Assembly: GCA_020137815.1 (NCBI GenBank)
Contig: CM035355.1
Location: forward strand, 7,130,001-7,194,000
Direction: 5' to 3'
DNA: 64,000 bases
Source: Hormiphora californensis
Taxonomy: Eukaryota > Animalia > Ctenophora
Positions 48,607 through 60,300 of this stretch are shown here, piece after piece. A program made the position numbers and the translations under genes. The stretch's first letter is position 1. Every line of letters begins with the position of its first letter. The notes under the pieces were generated by a model that did no database searches, was not told where the DNA came from, and worked only from the letters and a program-made list of their open reading frames with translations.

Positions 48607-48973
48607 GCTAAATTGTGTCAAAACATATTGTGGTTATATAACGAAAACATTAAAGAAAGGATGGAAAACTCACACTCATCATTCGACCCTCTAACCGGGA
48701 AGACATATCTCGTGAAGGAAAAACACACAGTGATATATGAATTAGAGTTGCAGAAAAATGTGGTATCAAAAAACTGCTATGTATCGTTCTCCCACCCTCA
48801 ATTGGCATGATGGTGGGGAAGATGTATAACAGAAAGTAGCTCACTAAATATAACCTAAAACACACACAAGACTTGTCTATTGATTGAAAACTCGGCCATT
48901 CCAACCCTTCTCTCTCTCCACTCCTATCTATTTACAACTAACTCTCTCTCTCGTCCTCAACTGTACATTGTCA

Positions 48974-49095
48974 CTATTTCGCTTCCTCGGTACTACCCTC
49001 ATCAGGCGGCTTTTGGAGAGCTTTAACCTGCTTTATCAAGAATTCCCTCTCTTCGTGGAATTGTTCCTCTTCTGTGGGGAAGAGAGGGAGGGAGG

Positions 49096-49189
<94 letters not shown>

Positions 49190-52100
49190 GAGGGAGAGAG
49201 AAAGAGAGGGAGTGTTTACCTTTTCGATCGCTCTGGAATTTACTAAGAAATGTAATCATCCGTTCCTTGTTCTTCAGCAGGATATCCAGAACTTCCCTTT
49301 TCTTGTTTGGGTTAGCTACAAAAATCTGGGAAGTAGAAAGAGATGAGCGTGAGTGGAAGTGGAAACGGAGTGGCAATCTCAACAGCTCACTTCACCAGTT
49401 AAAAGTTGTAACGAGATGGTGCGTGCTGCGCGTCTTTTAGGAATGCTTGTATGGGGTACTTTCATCACAACTGAATGGTCATGACGAGCGATAGCTCACC
49501 TTAAAGACGTGAAATGCCTCATAGGCGATGGAGCGACTACTATCCGCTAACATATTCATCATAAGCTTTAGGTTGTCAGCACTCCCAATGTACTTTTCCA
49601 TTGTGATGTAATTGTGACGGTCCAATAGCATTTCTCCTAACAGCTGAGGGGAGAATGAAGGGGTCATAGAGGGTAAGATAAATGTATGGAGAGAGATAGA
49701 GAATATAACAGATGGAGGAAGAAAGATTTGGAGAAAGAGAAACAGAGGACAGATAAAGATGGGAGAGAAAGAGAGACGGAGACAGAGAAAATACGATTTT
49801 CCGAGGAAGAATAGGTAGAGAATGGGATTATTTTTGCCATTTCTGTGTATCGCATTTTCTCAATTTCTCAATTTCCATTTATCATCTGTGTGCATCTCTA
49901 TCTCTCTCTCTATCACTCTCACTCTCTCACTCTCTATCTCTATTATTCTCTATCTCTCATATACACCTCTCTCCTTTCTCTTATTACCTTGAGCGATTGA
50001 CGTCGTGTTACATAATTGTCCGAGACTAGGAGCTTCTTATATTCGGTAAAAAATCTATCGTAATTCGTTTCTAAAAACTTGGCCACAACTGACTTGTGAA
50101 TTGTGAGTAACTCCTGGAAAGAAAATAAAGCATATCAGGACGGGAATTTTATTTAAGAATAGGGGCGTTGAATGGAGAAAGGACAAAGGTGTAAATGAAA
50201 AACAACATTACCTTAAAAGTTGTAAATGCATCTGATGCAATGTCAAATGTTGACACCTCAACGTATGTAAAAAAGTTAAAGAATTTCTCATCGTTCAGAA
50301 CAATCCATCCCAGTTCCTCGTGTTTAATACACTCTCTTAGCACTAAACCAGAATGAAGAGCTATCTCCGGATGGTCGTACCTAGGAAATAAATGGGGATT
50401 TATTAACAAAGAGGGTGGAGTGGTGTGGGGTGGGGGTGGGGGCTGAGGTTTTTGAAGTCGCTTCAAAAACCTGATTTCGTCAACTTCAAAAACCTTCCTG
50501 CCGAAAACGAAGAGAGTTTATAGGACTAAAACAGATCATGTGACGTTAACCACTGCCACATTGTATACAATTGGGGTATCAAGTTACAATGTGAAGACTG
50601 ATGGAATGAGATGATAGCTTCTACTCGGCCGAGTAGAAGCTATCATCTCATTCCATAAATCCGTGTATACCGGTATACACGGATTTATATCCTTCTTTGA
50701 TCTCCTTTTCCCTCTCTCATGTGGTCTGTGCACGATTGCCAACGGTATCGTCTCAAAATCAACTACAAATAACAAAACATCCAATGATAATAGCCTGCTA
50801 AAATGTTTGGAGAACAGGCGCGGACTGCAGTATCATCAAATCTTGGTTACGAAGTCACCCCTATTACTATTGAGCTTGTGCGGAGGGGTAATTTCATTAC
50901 CAACATCAGATCTATTTTCATACAGTAGACTCTTTAGAATCTTTTATACCTCTTCCTATCCCAAACTCTCGGCAAATAGAGTTTGATGACAAGCTACTGC
51001 AGGGTACACGTGTGGACAAAGTTGCACACGCACACACTTATAATTCTCTCTTTCTCTCTTTTTATCTCCCTCTCTTTCTCTCTCACAATGTTTCCCTCTC
51101 TCTTTCCCTCTCTTTTTATCTCTCTCATGTGTTGCTGTACACATGGTAAAATGTCGACAAGTGTAGAGCTCGATATTATATGCTCTATGTTGTGTCGAAA
51201 CATTAAAACTGCGTTGGGAGAGAGAATGATACCAGATAAAGAGAGTCAGTCAGAGGGAGAAATGGAGAGATAAAAAGATCAGTCAAGAGATACTATGATG
51301 AAGATACATGTCAGGCAAATATAATTGGAAGAATTGATATATCTACCTGATAAGGAAGTGACAAGAATATATTTGAATATGACAGGAACCATCAAAAGAC
51401 AACAAGTGGTACTGGTGCAAGTGGTACTGGCGGTACCATTGGTACTGGTGGTACAAGTGGTACTGATACAAGTGGTATTGATACAAGTGGTATTATTTGA
51501 GGGTAACCACTACCTATAAACAAGTCTGTCAATATGTACTTACCCCAGGATAAGATTATCAAGAATATCCCTGTTGGCATTGATGTAGTCGACAGTGGGA
51601 TACCGGCACCCAATCTGTCGTTTTAGTAGACTACTCAATATCTGGCTAACATACTTCTTACCCTACAGATAAAGTTGGTGAAAAGTCAGATACTAATGCA
51701 GCATCGTAAATATACACAACTTCTATTATACGAGGATTTTACTTGCAGAAAGTTTTCTTTTTAATTTCTAATTCGCCCTCCCATGACCCCAATCGTACCT
51801 CAAAATCGATGTGTCGCAATGCCTTGATGAGAAGCTGAATAATGTTATTAGCGTGTAATTCCTGTGACAGTTGAACTATCACCTCAAGCTGGGGTTCCTG
51901 ATCTGGAAGGAGCAGTGTAAGTAAGGGGCCTAAAGTCAAGGGTGGACAGGAGTTAACAGGGGATATTACACATCTAACAAGCACGGTTTCACAGTTCTTG
52001 TATTGTAATTTGTACGGGTTGAAAAAGGGGGGGGGGGAAGGGGTAAGAGCGAAACATTAAACATGATCAGAGTAAGATTCTTTTGCACGTATCTACGTAG

Positions 52101-52548
52101 TATCTTCAACTACAGCTAGGTAAATGAGATATGTTTCAGGTTTCTTGAACGTACCAGTTGTACCCAGAAGAGCATGTTTCACGTTTAACATATTCTTCGT
52201 CACATCATCATTCACCTAAACAATCCAGTATTACAATCACCATTATAACTGTAATGATACCTCGTTTACCTCTTCTCAGAGTTGCCTTGCTCGTTTCAAT
52301 GTGCCCCGCACGGCGAAACCTCTTTTACAAATGTGAGGAGGAATATAACATAACAGTTTGAGAGCAAGCATGAGTCTATATTTTTACAGCAATTAGCGAT
52401 CTTGAATCTTCAAATCCCTTACCTTTTTGATATTTTTCTGGTTAACTGCTTCGTTTTCGTGTTCCTTCTCAAGTTGAAGTAGGGCAGACTTGAGATTTTG
52501 GACCAGTTGCTGGGGTGTCTTCTCTTTTTGGAAGAGGGTCAAGGGCAT
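48974..52548 (-). CDS. CAB39: Calcium-binding protein 39 / MO25
   Basis: Nine exons: [20 protein letters not shown].., [78 protein letters not shown]. Confidence 0.96.
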
Positions 52549-52634
52549 ATCCCGGCACCCTGGGTTTCAACGCAATACACCTATTTCTAACGGCAGGTAG
52601 GTTTACAAATTTCCAAAATTTCTTAAAATGAATA

Positions 52635-52932
52635 GTGAACCATAATAAAGTTTAAGAGCGTCCAAGAGCGCACCCCATCCAAGAAAGACCAAAATCAAGA
52701 TCACACCACAATCAAGAGAGACCAAATCAAGAGCGCACCACAATCAAGAGAGACCAAATCAAGAGCGCACCACAATCAAGAGAGACCAAATCAAGAGCAC
52801 ACCACATCAAGAGAGTTCCCCGTCCAGAAGATACCAGATGTTGTGCGCTCTTGAATTTGGTCTCTCTTGATTGTGGTGCGCTCTTGATTTTAGTCTCTCT
52901 TGATTGTGGTGCGCTCTTTTATTTTGGTTCAC
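52635..52932. mobile_element. TA-flanked MITE with internal AATCAAGAGCGCACCAC repeats
   Basis: TA|GTGAACCA...TGGTTCAC|TA; inverted arrays of ~30-bp units. Confidence 0.75.
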
Positions 52933-53557
52933 TATGGGACGTGGACTGTGGAGAATATGGGTTTAGAGGTGAAACTCTTCCCCGTTAGCGTATAGGAGAA
53001 AAAGTTCAGTAAGCACAGGGGCCGCCCCAGCACCAATATTTTGGTGGGGTGCTGTGGCCGAATTCCACAATCCAACCTCAAGCCTAGCGACCTCAGTATC
53101 GCGAAGCGGCGCCGAGGGAGCTGCGGCAGGTGCCAGGTGGTCTGGGCTCTGGGCGAGGGGGGTCCCCACTCCCCCGAAAGGGTCCAGGATCGGTCATCGG
53201 AACACTGAACACATGATGGATGTTGGGGCCGGGCGAAACCCCCGGAGATTTTTTTCATTTATGATGGATTTTAAGCAGTCTGGAACAATTTTTAACGATT
53301 TTTAGCTTTGAGGAAAGCAAATTTAAAAAGTCAAAACCAGATTCTAACTTTTCGGCCCGTTTTTCGTACAAATTTCAGACGAATTTCTGTAAATTTAATG
53401 ATCCCAACGACCCCTAACCATCCCTAACCACCCTTAACCACCCCAAAGATCCCAAACGCCCCCTATCTGGGCTCAGTGTTGCTTCAAAAGCTATCCAAAA
53501 AAATTAAAACTTCTTTTTTAAAAATTTCAGTAATTTTTTTTTGAAAAAAAGATAAGA

Positions 53558-53988
53558 GGTTTGAAGGTTCATCCACGGCGAGGTCTCCTAGCAGAATACC
53601 CGGACCTTTACACTTCGGCCCAAGATTCAATTGAGACCATCAGGGAAGGATCATTCTCAGTGAGGTCAGTCAAGCTCTTCAATAGGATGCCGAAAGAAGT
53701 TCGAAGATGCGAAACACTAGAGGATCTCAAAGTTTCTCTCGGCAAGTTCCTGGATGGTATACCTGATCACCCTCCAGTTCGGGGCTACAGGAGTCCCAAC
53801 GACAACTCATTGGTTACACTGCTCCCCCCTGGGTAGTGTATGTTGGTCACTGCATCATTCACATCATTGTACGTAGAAGCATCATGCTGAGAACGTGGTA
53901 TATTTGTCTTTATAATGCATTGTATGCCGAATCTAATTTTGTAAACTTTGTAAACTTGTAAACTTGTAAACTTTGTAAACTTTGTAAG
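53558..53988 (+). mobile_element. Short 3' fragment of a CR1 LINE with (TTGTAAAC)n tail
   Basis: SFSVRSVKLFNRMPKEVR..LKVSLGKFLDGIPDHPPVRGY, homologous to the end of the 9222 ORF; same tail motif. Confidence 0.85.
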
Positions 53989-54402
53989 TTGTCTGCGCGG
54001 CGTTGGTAAACAATGCATGCCGCTGCAATTGAACGCCGCGCGCGTTTTCATTAAAACCTTTACACAAAAAACAAGATGGCCGTTTCAAGTTTCCTTTTTG
54101 AGATGGCCGTTTTTGTCCGATCTCCCCGGCCAGCGTTAAAATCTGGGTGTTTTGGGAGTGCTGACAAACGGTTTTTAGGGTTAGGACTAAAGTAGGGTTA
54201 GGGGTATGGTTGGGGTTTGGGTTTGGGTTAGGCCTTGACATTCCCTACCAGATAACTTTGAATCAGCCAAAAAGGTTGAGTCGTTTGGCGGTTAGAGCCA
54301 TTTTAGTGAATCAACTTTTTTCGTAGCGCGCACCTGTAAACGAAAAGTAAATTATAATAAATTACCCACACACCGTCATACTCTCATACTCCCTCTCTCT
54401 GC

Positions 54403-54700
54403 TCACTTGTCTCGAAAGTCTACATCTTCCACACTGACTGGGACAACCCTTCTCTTGGTTCCCCGAAGCGCAACAAGAGTTGATCTTAACAAACTGAATC
54501 GTGTCTTTTCTCGGATGAAGGACATGGTTTCAGCGTAACTCTCCTTGTGCTTGTCGCAAATCCTCCTGGCCGCTTCTTCCTCTACCGCAAAACCTCCCGA
54601 TGTGGAGAATACAAGGGGCGTGAAGGAACCCTGCTCCACGTCTTGTACCCTTCGCATATAGGCCAGCTTCTTTTGGTTTTGGTGCTGTTTATACAGGTTG
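54403..54700 (-). mobile_element. 3' fragment of a third CRE-like element
   Basis: RVQDVEQGSFTPLVFSTSGGF..SFIREKTRFSLLRSTLVALRG. Confidence 0.8.
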
Positions 54701-55989
54701 GAGATGGGCCTCCGAACACCCAGATCGTAACGGCGCCCGATCTCCCCGGTGCGAGTGACCTGTCATGGACTGCGTTGTATGTATACTGTAATCAATTACC
54801 GCAGAATTTAGGAATGGAAGTGACTAAGGAAAAATGTCAAATTGATTACACTAATTTGGACAATTATCTAAAAAATCTTAAATTATACTAAGGTTGAATA
54901 TGTGCCCCATTCTCTCTCGCTGATGATTGACACTTTTGTTTCCTTTTACTCTAGCTCTTTAGGGAGTGTACGGATCAATTGATTGGTTGCTAGACTGCAA
55001 TGCCAGTGAACGGTAAATGCCAGTGAACGGTAAATGAGGTATAAACTCTGGCCACTGGCGCGTTATTTCAGATAACTTTCTCCCAGCGCGCCGCTGGGAG
55101 AAGTTAGCTGAAGTTTATCCGCCGCTGGCGGATAAACTGGTTTAAATCACGACGACGATCCCGAGGCGGAGCCGAGGGAGAGGCGGAGGGGTTTAAACCT
55201 ATAACGTGCCAGTGGTCAGAGTTTATAGGTTATATACCCTGCTTTAGTTGTTTATTTCAAGTATTACACACCAACAAGAGAGAGAACACTAATCAAAACA
55301 CTCAAAGAGGACTGAGAAATAGTTAAAACACCTCACAATTGAGTGTACACTGTTTGGTAACAGTTACTAAGCAGTTGCTAAGGAAAGAGAGTGAAAGAAA
55401 TAGCCTGATAAGGGGCATGTCACACATAACACAGAGGAAGAGATAGTGAGACAAAAGGGGAGATAAAGAGAGAGTAATTGACGGAATGTGTCCTTTCTTT
55501 CTCTCCAATGTAGTGTGTAAGTGTTGCACATAGTGTTCCCTCTGTATTTTAGTAAGAACTGATCATTTACACACACTTTGAATGTTCAAAATAAATAACC
55601 TGCCAGTGGGAAATAATCTGCCGCTGGACTGGCTGTTTATTGAGAGCGCGCTAGTGGGACTGGCGGGTTATTTAAGTTAGCAGGGTATATATGTCAGTGA
55701 ACGATCGGGTCCCTTTAGTAGTCCGTCTTATAGTTTTAATTGTTAGCAGTTTAATTAGTAAATACACGTGGTATACACACTTGCTTTTCTAACAACTCTA
55801 ACAACACCTAAATAGCAGAAAATATTACATTTGACCATTTGTAATTGCTGCACTCAGCGCATGATTGTAAAATCTGGGAGGTATTCGGTTCTGAAACACC
55901 CATACTCGGCGACTCAGGTTTTTTCAATTACTATTGGACTGGGTCCCTTAAACTTGTTCCTCAAATAAAGAATTGTTCAAACTTCACCA

Positions 55990-57036
55990 CTAACCAGACG
56001 TTATCGCGACATCTGACTCTGTTTTCGCAGCTGCTCCCCTCGATTTATAAACGACTACTGGAGGACTAGTAGCTGGACTGGCTCTCCTTGTTATCTTCTT
56101 ATACCCCAAACAAGCTGCATCAGACATCGCTTTTCTCAGAGCTTTATTCGTTACAAACTGAACCAGACAGTTGTATGCTGAATTGGCTACTGGTGCAAAG
56201 CAATAAATAACAAACTGGAAGACTCCTTTGTCCGCATTTGTCAGGATATCTGTATTATACAACAATTTTGATGTATAAGCGATCTGGAGAAAGGAAAGGC
56301 CGATACCCAGAGCCAGGACAACTTTAACACTTCTTCTCCTCTGTCCCTCGGACTCCATGGATCCCTTTTTTATCAGAAAGCAAACGGACTGAACCATGCA
56401 CGTAGCTGCACACAGAAAGTATATGAAGATGAGAATGTAAAAACCAAGATAAGTGGACATGAGGTTATCACTATGAAATATGTCCTCTTGATTATCGTTG
56501 TGTTGCGTATAGATATTCAGGCCGGACTCTCTGGAAAACCAGAGTGTTATGATCATGGTTAAGAAGTTGATCAGGATGACCCCTCCAACCACCCTGTAAA
56601 GAGTCCCCATTGAGTGCACTGCAAAGGGCTTGATGATAGCGTGGTTCCTGTACATGTACATGATACACGTGAAGCTCATGGAACACAAGATGAGGGTGTA
56701 ATTGATGAGAATATTGAAGCCGTTGAAATGTGTCATTGGTGAAAATGCCAGGATGGTATCATCAGATCGGAGGAGGTAGTAGGTGTAGAGGATTGGGAAG
56801 TATGAGTTTCCCAGGAGGTCGGATACCGCCAGGCCGCAGAATAGAAAGGATGAGGTAGATCGGCGTGCTGTAGGTAACTTGGTGAGGATGATAAAAGGTG
56901 CAATGGTAACTGTTATCAAGAACATGGGTAGGAGTTCGAGGGTGAAAACGATGTTCAAGTAGGAGGCAGTTTCGGCGTAGAATGTGAGGTTTCCAGTTGT
57001 TTTGTTGACATAGTAGGATGAACCAAAGATTGCCAT
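55990..57036 (-). CDS. Intronless orphan rhodopsin-like 7TM receptor
   Basis: 348 aa with seven hydrophobic segments; TM2 LAVSDLL, TM3 end YMYRNHAIIKP, TM7 NSAYNCLV. Confidence 0.8.
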   Translation of the reverse strand: MAIFGSSYYVNKTTGNLTFYAETASYLNIVFTLELLPMFLITVTIAPFIILTKLPTARRSTSSFLFCGLAVSDLLGNSYFPILYTYYLLRSDDTILAFSPMTHFNGFNILINYTLILCSMSFTCIMYMYRNHAIIKPFAVHSMGTLYRVVGGVILINFLTMIITLWFSRESGLNIYTQHNDNQEDIFHSDNLMSTYLGFYILIFIYFLCAATCMVQSVCFLIKKGSMESEGQRRRSVKVVLALGIGLSFLQIAYTSKLLYNTDILTNADKGVFQFVIYCFAPVANSAYNCLVQFVTNKALRKAMSDAACLGYKKITRRASPATSPPVVVYKSRGAAAKTESDVAITSG

Positions 57037-57348
57037 TTTCCTAGGAAATATTTTTATTATATCAACGACATGACAAAGATAAATTATAAACTAGAACTAG
57101 CTCAGCAAAGTAAGCATACTTTTAAAATAGGATAACAAAATCGGCCTTCATTATAGATAATCACTCAGGAATCGTATATATCGTATAGTTTAGTGGTTGT
57201 TGCCATGACATACTATATAATAATAAACTCTAAAAAACTAGCTTTTATTTAAGTAAAACTGATCGTTTACATTTAATAACCCCAATTTACTAACCACTCC
57301 AGCCACATTATAATAGTAGTACTAACCACCCCGACCCCACAATAGTAG

Positions 57349-60300
57349 ATGATGTTGGGGACATCAATAGCTCACAACGTGACTCTCTCCTCGAAACACC
57401 AGCCCAGTTTTGATAGCCTAGAGAGCGCTGCAAAGCACATTGATTCCTCTCTACAAAGTGACAGGTTGTACTCCGAGCTGGATGTACTGCTGAGGAATGC
57501 AAGACATGCAGGTGGAACCCTGGTAAGATATTTCATCACCCTTAAAAATATACAGCCGGAACCCATAATTACCGGACCGATACATTTCCCCCAATGTAAC
57601 GTAGGACATTACAATATTTCACCCCTATTTACGTGGTAATATCCCTTCTCCCGTGCATCAGGAGATCGGTAGGTCAGGGTCTGACTGTATCACAACCCTC
57701 CCAACAAACACATGCAGCTCACGAAAAACATATAACACATCTGTCGCATATTCATGCGGTACCCACACGATCGAAACAAGACATGCGAAGAATAACAACG
57801 TTTGCTGCTACCACAGGACGTTGTCACATAGTAACTGGTCCACCATTACCCGCAACCTAACCGAGCATTAGTGGCCATCACAAAACATTAGTCTGTCTTT
57901 GGGGGGGGGGGTGCATGTGTCCTCTCTCTCTCACCTGCTGCATATATGGCATAAAATGTCAACAAGAAACTAGGTTTCACTATCATGGACAAACGTTAGG
58001 CCACAACGTGACATTCCATAAACAACATCGCGGTTATTATAAAACTACTGCACCTGGTGTATATATTACTAAATTCCCTACCTATATGGATTAGGGACGT
58101 ACAATAATTATCTAATTCTTCTCCGTCCTGTGAGGAAACGATATAATAAAGGATGTAGCTAGGGAATCTGATACACCTTCTCTAATATTCACTGTCTAGT
58201 ACACTTGCTAACACACTTTCTAAAACACTCGCCAACACACTTTCTAACACTATCTTTCTTCCAGACTGGTATGACAGACGGAGATTACCCATCTCTGGCC
58301 TCCCATGGCCTTGCCTCCGTGCCCCTAATAGGACCTGTACGACACGTCCCACTACCGGCTGAGCTATCAGAACAGTTTACACATGTGCAATGTAACTGTA
58401 TCATGGGGTTATTACCTACTATCCGTGAGTAACAATCATTTTGTTATTTCAAGGCCCAGTTATTGTCTGTGAAAATAACAAATCACCCACACTTTAGTAG
58501 ATAAACATGTTTGACCCCCCCCCCCTAGAGAGAGGTTGGGTGACGATAGACTCGGATATATTCTTCTGGAACTATGAGACAGGTGGTGACCTGGCCTACT
58601 ACGAGGGCCTAGCAGAAGTGGTCCTTACAGTTGGACTGGTAGCTCCCAAACCTGGGGTGTTCCAACCTCATATCAAATTTCTCCTGGTTGTCTGTACTGC
58701 TAGTGAAATTGTAGTGCTGGGAGTAACTTTTGAGAGTGAGGGAGATGATCAATATGCACTGATGCACCTGCAGCCTAACCCTCTATTTGCTATCAGTAGT
58801 GATGGAGTCAATGTGGTTCAGGTATGTCCTAATCATCTAAACTTGAAATATTGATTGTCCTCTCTAACCTCTGACATACTATTATTCCAAAGTAATCCAT
58901 CCCCGGTCCCCTAACATCTATCCCATCAACCCCTAAACATCGTGTACCCCTAAACCTTGTGTAACCTCTAACCTCTTAACCTCTGTACCCTTAAACCAGG
59001 TGCGAGGTACCCCAGAGGGCCGGATATTCCTGGCAGGTGCTAACGGCCACCTCTACGAACTTCAATACCAATCCTATCTGTCATGGTTTGGAAAACGATG
59101 TAAATTAGTCAACCAGAGCTCTTCCTACTTCAGCTTTCTCGTTCCTTCAGGTGAGTTAGATATGTGATCTGTTGCCCCTCTCCGAGATAGATATGTGACC
59201 TACTCCCTGAGAGGGCAGAATATTCCGAATATTTGATCCACCCTCTGAGATAGACAAATATGTGATCCGCCCCGTGATATGGGAGAGACGTGACTCCTAA
59301 CCGTCCTGGCCCCCTGGCCCCTGGTAATGTGATCCCGCCTGTCTGACGTAACAAGGATCGAATTTCAATTACTCCTGTCACGGGTACTCCTTCACAAAAT
59401 ATGCCACTGAGTGATATCTGAGAGGGAGGGTTCAACTATCAACCGATTAGCATGCACTCCAATGGCCCATACTTTCACTTTTAAACCCTACACCACCATC
59501 TATTGACCATCCACAATCACTGTCTACTGTCTAGTAATCACTGCTTATAATCCTTTTTCAACAATGATGACTGATTTCTCTATTGCCTCCATCCTTGGAT
59601 TGCCTACTACTAAACCAGTCTACACTCCTCCTACCCTTCCTTCCAAGTCGATCCAACAGCCTACCTCTCCTCTCCAACTACACATTGATGAACTGATGCG
59701 ACTCCAACATCTCCTGCAACTTGCCCGACCTACCGAGAACTCCCCAGCCACTCCTAATTCTACTACACCAGCACGAAAGAGGACCCGAGAACCTTCTCCC
59801 TCCTCCACTCCAACCGCAGCAAAGAGGACTAAACGAGTGGACAGTTCTACCTCCTCAGGCAGTAGTTCTCCCTCTGGCTCCCTAATCGGCTCCCCGACTA
59901 CATCCCCATCTACCACCGTGTCCTTCAGCACGCCCTTCCTGACATCCTACCAGACCCATTCTCCAACCACAACCCCCTACCACCTCTCTGCTTCCTATCT
60001 CAACCTGCCCCGGGGAGGAAAGTTCAAACACCGGAGGAGCAAGTTTACCAGCGCCCAGATTGATGTTCTACTGATGGAGTTTGAGCAGCACCCTTATCTG
60101 ACAGCCACGAGAAGGAGGGAGATCGCTAAATCCACGGATATGCCAGAGAGGAGTGTTCAGATTTGGTTTAGCAACCGGAGGATGTCAGAGAAGAAGATGA
60201 AGAAGTGATTTATTGTGTGTGTACTATTATCATTCTGAAAATAACTCGTGATTCCAAACTGACTAGAACACAATTCAAACGTACTAGACTGCTCGTATTA

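Noticed and set aside
48884-49382. RE-repeat and SL-repeat ORFs (also near 28690 and 39160)
   Set aside because: (GA)n microsatellites in introns
51410-51500. Val/Gln- or Pro/Val-rich ORFs
   Set aside because: Degenerate GTGGTACTG minisatellite in a CAB39 intron
54175-54235. TTAGGG-like interstitial telomeric repeats (also CCCTAA-like at ~53410-53440)
   Set aside because: Short, degenerate and embedded in repeat-like DNA; no evidence of telomeric origin
59564-60208. Calling the nested homeobox a Hox or Pax gene
   Set aside because: No hexapeptide, no paired domain, and mixed diagnostic residues; family cannot be assigned without a phylogeny
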